The notes under the pieces: model-generated | What the model was told of the DNA's origin: nothing | Database searches by the model: none | What the model saw: only the letters and a program-made list of their open reading frames with translations | Program-made: the position numbers and the translations under genes | Part shown: one piece after another, positions 58,812 to 64,000 of the stretch | Layout: the number at the start of each line of letters is the position of its first letter | How positions within the stretch are numbered: position 1 is the stretch's first letter | NCBI RefSeq assembly: GCF_964188315.1 | Contig: NC_135664.1 | Location: 57,908,001 to 57,972,000, forward strand | Direction: 5' to 3' | Length of the DNA: 64,000 bases | Origin: Podarcis muralis | Taxonomy: Eukaryota

Positions 58812-59822
58812 AGCTCCATTCTCCAGAGAAAAGCCCTGGTGGTACAGGAAACTGGGGGCTAATGCTTGACTCACAGGGTCCCCAATCTGAACTCCCTCAG
58901 TGCCTTGACTCCTTTTTGTTGGCAGAAATTATCTGTACCTCTTTTAAGATGAGGAATTCATTCTCTGTTGATCTGATGGGCAGGCCACAACTTGTTTCTA
59001 CAGTTAGCAGAGGGACCCCTGGGTATTAGTCACGATGCAGAAAACTTTGATATCTTTAATGAACCAAAGGTGCTTGTAAAGAAAACTGCTTAACGTTCTG
59101 CCAAAGGTTAGGAATAGCACAATAGGAATACATTAGAGGGATGCATGGGCCCCCCAAGATTTGCCTTGTATTTGTATATGTTCAAGGCTGGTTTAGTCCA
59201 TTGACTGTCTGTCTGCCTTGCTTGCTTGGATGGTGGCAGGCTGTCTGGACAGTTGGTCAGATGGCCATTCAGAAGCGGGTTGGCATGCTTTGTGCCTCAA
59301 TGGCTGGGTGTTTTGTTAGCAGACTGCCTCTCTGGTTGGATGGCTCCATCAGGGGGAAAAAGATCAATCCCTTGTGTCTCCTCCTCACCTCTCATTTGTG
59401 CCATGGAAGTTTTTCTTCCAAAACAAATAGCAGCTGATCCAGATTGTGACTGAAGTGGAGGGCAAAGGCTTAATGCTCCCCAGGCCCTCTGCCAGGGTTG
59501 ATCTGGATTGAGGTACCCATGCTTGCTATTTACCCTTTCAAATGCCATTCATGCCAGTTGCTAATTGCGTGAAAGGCATTATTTCCTGTTTGGCACTCAG
59601 AGGAGCCATCAATGGATGCATTATGAAAAGCACATGACAAAGAGATCAATCATCTTGCACTGAAGATCACTTAGAAGAGGGGGCTTTCATGGTTCAAGAG
59701 CCGCATTTCATCATGGGCAAAGTTATGGGAGCCCTCATGTCAGGAGGGGAGTGGCCAGAGGCAAAAGTGGGCAGTGCAATGCACATGACATTTCTCTTTC
59801 TACAAGAAGCTACCTTCCAGTC

Positions 59823-59963
59823 NNNNNNNNNNNNNNNNNNNNNNNNNNNNNNNNNNNNNNNNNNNNNNNNNNNNNNNNNNNNNNNNNNNNNNNNNNNNNN
59901 NNNNNNNNNNNNNNNNNNNNNNNNNNNNNNNNNNNNNNNNNNNNNNNNNNNNNNNNNNNNNNN
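59823..59963. other. Assembly gap (141 N)
   Basis: Run of N. Confidence 1.
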
Positions 59964-62900
59964 TCAAGCAAGAGGCGTGATCACAGCTCAAGGACACATT
60001 CCAGACAGGCAGCTCAAGGACAAGCATTCAGAGCCTACAAGGAGGAGGACCAGTGAGACGTGTGGCCTGGCGTGAGGGGATGTCATAGGGAGAGTCTTCA
60101 GAGTCAGATTTAGGGTCATGTTAGACCACTGGACCTAAATTTCCCATTCTTGGCTTTGACAAAGAGGCTCACTTTTGTTGGTAATCAGTTCTGAGAAGTT
60201 TAATTTTTGGGGGGTGGGGAAGCCAGGTGTTTGCAGACTCCACACCCTGCTCTGAGAGGAGCCATTGTGGAGCTCAGCAGCTCACACTCTGAATTTCAAT
60301 TCATTTCACATTTAAAGGTGAACTTACCAAATTCTCATTTTCTGAAACAAGATGTGAACCGAAAAAGTGATTCCTCAAAATGTGCACTTTCCTGAATTTT
60401 GTAGTTCTACAACCAAATCAGGAGTGCAAAAAGGCATACATTATGGTAAAATGTATGTGCACAAAAATGCATATATTGGTGAAAATAATGTACAAAATGG
60501 ATTACATCAGGCAAACTTGCTTTGCAGTAATGTGTATTGCCTATAAAAAGTTGTTTAGTGGGAGAAATTTGCTGGTGAATTTTCATGAGGACTTTTAAAA
60601 AGAAATCACAAACTGAAGTGGAATGTGGGGAACTTAATATAAGATTGTGAAAATAAGAAACTGAAATTGACTGATTTGGTCATTCCTACCTATGAGACAG
60701 GTGATGTCCCTTCTAACTCTATGATACTATGATTCTATGACCCTGAAACTGGAAATTGTGCACTAAATATATATATATAAATGATTTAGTTTAATGTACA
60801 TATGGTGAAACAATCTCTACAAAATAGCAGTTCAAAAAATGTAGACACCTTTTGACGGCTCCAAATTCTTCTTGCTGAGTGGCTGGAAAACAGTCAGATC
60901 ACTCAAACAGGAAAGATTCCCCACATGGGTAAATACAGTTATTAGCTCCCAAGATAGCACCTGTTGGCCACTCAGTGATTGCTCACAAGTGCTGCATCAC
61001 TTCAGTCACAGACACTTCCGAAATGAAAGGGCTGCTCAGACCATTGTATATAGACACCATAGCCAAAAGGCATGTATTGTCACAACTCAGGTCCATGATG
61101 CAAAGCATCAACGGAAAGATATTTATCTGTGGAGAAAGGAAAAGAAAATTGAACACCTTGAGGGGAAAATTTGAACTGCTGACTATATGAACATCCATTG
61201 TGAAGTGAAAGGCTTGACATTTAGGAACAAAAATCCCACAAAACCATGGTGAACTTAAACCATTTTAAATGGAATGGAGCAACATGTCCCATCATCCTCA
61301 GAAATGGGTGAACGCTTCTCAGTTTGATTTAGAATTGGTTTAGTATTTACCAGCTTTCTTAGTGAGGGGGGAAAAGTCCTAGTGTTGGTGCATACACACT
61401 GATGTACCACAATCATGTATGTTATGGCATTTCCCCCTAGAAAGTCTAACATGGGTTCTTTTGCCTCACAACCTATGGCAGAGGGCTGCTTGGAAAGTCA
61501 CTTTTCACTGCCATAGGGAAAGGGTCATAACTCAGTGGTAGAGCACAGGCTTTGCATTCAACAGATCACAGGATCAGTCTCTGGAAAAGACTCTATGCTG
61601 AAGTCCTGGAGAGCTGGAGAGCTGCCACCAGTCATTGTAGGCCACAGCCAGATGAATGGTCTGGTGGTTTGACTCAGTATAACTCAGCTTCCTGTGTTCC
61701 AAGCAAACTTCCTTATTCAATTAGGGTGACTCTGATTACATACAAACTTGCTTAAGGAATTCCAATTTTTAAAAGGATATTATGGCAACACTGTTTCATT
61801 TTAATTGATATAAAGGAACCCTTCAAACATCTCATAGCATTCCAATCAAATGCTGGTGCATATTTTTTTCCTGACAATGATTTATCTATCTTCTGTCCAT
61901 TATTTGGATTTTCTGACCTACACATCCAGTGTCTCTCAGTAGTTAGTGTGTTTCTTGCTTTATACAAGATCACCCATGATACACTTCAAAACTGACTTTT
62001 CTCTTCCTCCCCCCATCTTATGGTATTGTATTGTTAAGGTGATGGTCTCTGTTGTTTGTTGCAGCTTTCGCCTTATTTTTACCTGTATTTCAAAATAACT
62101 TTCCGTGTCAAGCAGAGGGTTTTACATCTGGGATGGAGACCAACCCTATGAAATGTTTACAGGAAACAATTAAGAGAATTGATTGGCCACTCACCCATCA
62201 AAAGCTTGCTTGGTCAAATGTACTCTGTGTAGTTCAGAAAGCAAACAAGGTGAATTTTATTGAAAGTTAACCGAAAGAACTTCTCTGCAGATTGACTACA
62301 AGCTGCTGGTTTTGTGGTTTCACAGCAACAAACAAGAGTTTTGTCAAGAGGAAAGAGGTAATATTAAATAACTTCTATGACTGGGTCTCATTTTTGGCAG
62401 CTGGTTTGTTGAACCCCAATAGCTTGTGTGCAGGATCTGAGTTCACCTTCTGAGCCAGAGAAGAACTTTGTGGGGAATTTATTTATATTATTCAATTAAA
62501 AATATTTTTATACTGCCTTTCATACACAGTAGCATACACATCAAATGTTGATGGCAACATTTAACAGGAGTGTGTATATAATCTTTTTAAAAACAAACAA
62601 ACATTAAATTTATACTAATCCCATTTTTCATGGACTTCCCAGTTTCATAACATATTGCAGCATGAATGAAGATGCTGGACATCCCAGCAGAGTTGCCAGG
62701 AACGCTGCCTGCATTGCTTCCTGGGAATTCCTTTCCTTTCTACATGACTTTCCATGCCGAAGCTTGATGAACTGGAACAGACAGACGGATCTAAAAATAA
62801 ACACCCTACTTGAGAGAAAAGGGTTGTAGGTAGGAGGCACAGAACTGTGTGGTTGGTTTTTTTTTATAAAAAAAAGAATGCTTTTGTTATTTTCTTTTAT

Positions 62901-63115
62901 ACTGTTTTTAAGATTCAGTTGTGCTGCTCTCCCTGCTTCCCAAAGGCAAATTCCTGCTTTCTTGACAACTGGTGCACTGGCAAATGAAGCATAAAATGAC
63001 AGCAACATTCACGGTGGAAGGAGAAAAGCAGGAGGGCAAGCTCTTGAGCAAGCCCCTTTTCTGGTACCCATGCACTATCGTCTGATCCTTTGGGGCTCAG
63101 CCCTATCATATTGCA

Positions 63116-64000
63116 CCTAGCGCACCAGCAGCCACCCTGTCAGGCCTGCTGGAGGCGGTGGCCGGCTGGGCCTTGGAGTTCCCTAACCTATTGGTATTGG
63201 GGGACTTCAACTTCCATGCTGATGCCATTCCCTCCTCACAGGCACTGGACCTGGTGTCTTCCATGGCGACACTAGGGCTCTCCCAGTTTGTGTCGGGCCC
63301 CACACATCAAGCAGGCCACACGCTGGATTTGATCTTTGGCGCCGGTATAGATGTGATCGTGTCTCCTGCAATGAAGGTGCCATGGTCTGATCACTACGCA
63401 CTGAAAGCCAGGATTGATTTTCCACCCCCACCCTGCTTAGGTGGTGAGCCAATTTGGGCTCGCCCGCAGAGGCTGATGGACCCTGATAGATTCCGTCAGG
63501 CCTTGCGGGACCTTGCTCCCCCTGGCGACTCATTGACTGAGCTTGTTGAGGGCTGGAATACCCAGCTCCTAGCAGCCATCGATGAGATCACACCTAGGCG
63601 CCCTCTGCGACCCCGCAGAAACCGGGCTCCCTGGTTTACCGAGGAGCTTAGGAAAATGAAGCGGGACCTCAGACGGCTAGAGCGAGTATGGCGGGGTGCC
63701 CGTGACGGAGCCTCAAGAACATCTTATAGGGTTTTTATGAAAACCTACGAGATGGCAGTGAAGGCCGCTAAGAAGTCCTACTTCTCGGCCTCCATTGCCT
63801 CCGCTAGCTCTCGCCCGGTGCAATTATTTAGTATAATTAGGTCTTTAACGTCCCTTGAAGGACAGCCAAATTTAAATAACAATTCGACACACAGCTGTGA
63901 GGCATTTGCGAGCTTTTTTGCGGAGAAGGTCCTGTTGCTCCGCCATGACCTCCCTGCCAATTTGGATACAATAAAGGAACTGGAGGCCCCTCGACTGTCC
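63116..64000 (+). mobile_element. Young L2-clade LINE ORF2 (apurinic endonuclease domain and linker), 5'-truncated, runs off the window
   Basis: Stop-free frame of 293 codons from 63122 with LVLGDFNFH, PTHQAGHTLDLIF, SDH and PWFTEEL motifs. It is absent from the ORF track because no stop falls inside the window. Confidence 0.92.

Overview
Vertebrate genomic DNA, from a squamate and most likely a lacertid lizard (inferred from Sauria SINEs, RTE-BovB, young L2 and squamate-type MITEs). The window holds one complete protein-coding gene on the minus strand: a Na+/Cl- dependent GABA transporter 1-like (SLC6A1-like) gene. I assembled it by hand from 14 coding exons (40093 to 4413). All introns are GT-AG, all phases are compatible, and the product is 601 aa. 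Substrate and ion-site motifs are intact, but it differs enough from human GAT1 (compared from memory) to suggest the GAT1-like paralog rather than the true ortholog. A candidate TATA promoter with a non-coding first exon lies near 57.36-57.51 kb. The rest is intronic or intergenic, dense in transposons (several with visible target-site duplications), microsatellites and three N-gaps. I found no prokaryotic-type features (CRISPR, operons), no rRNA and no bona fide tRNA genes, and nothing I can honestly call a new biological system. The best leads are: back-to-back micro-uORFs with an alternative acceptor that could exclude them, two possible alternative C-termini in the 11.9-kb last intron, an internally deleted BovB, a young BovB just upstream of the putative promoter, and a candidate 9-nt microexon. 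Comparisons to human GAT1 and to TE consensuses come from recalled knowledge, not database searches.
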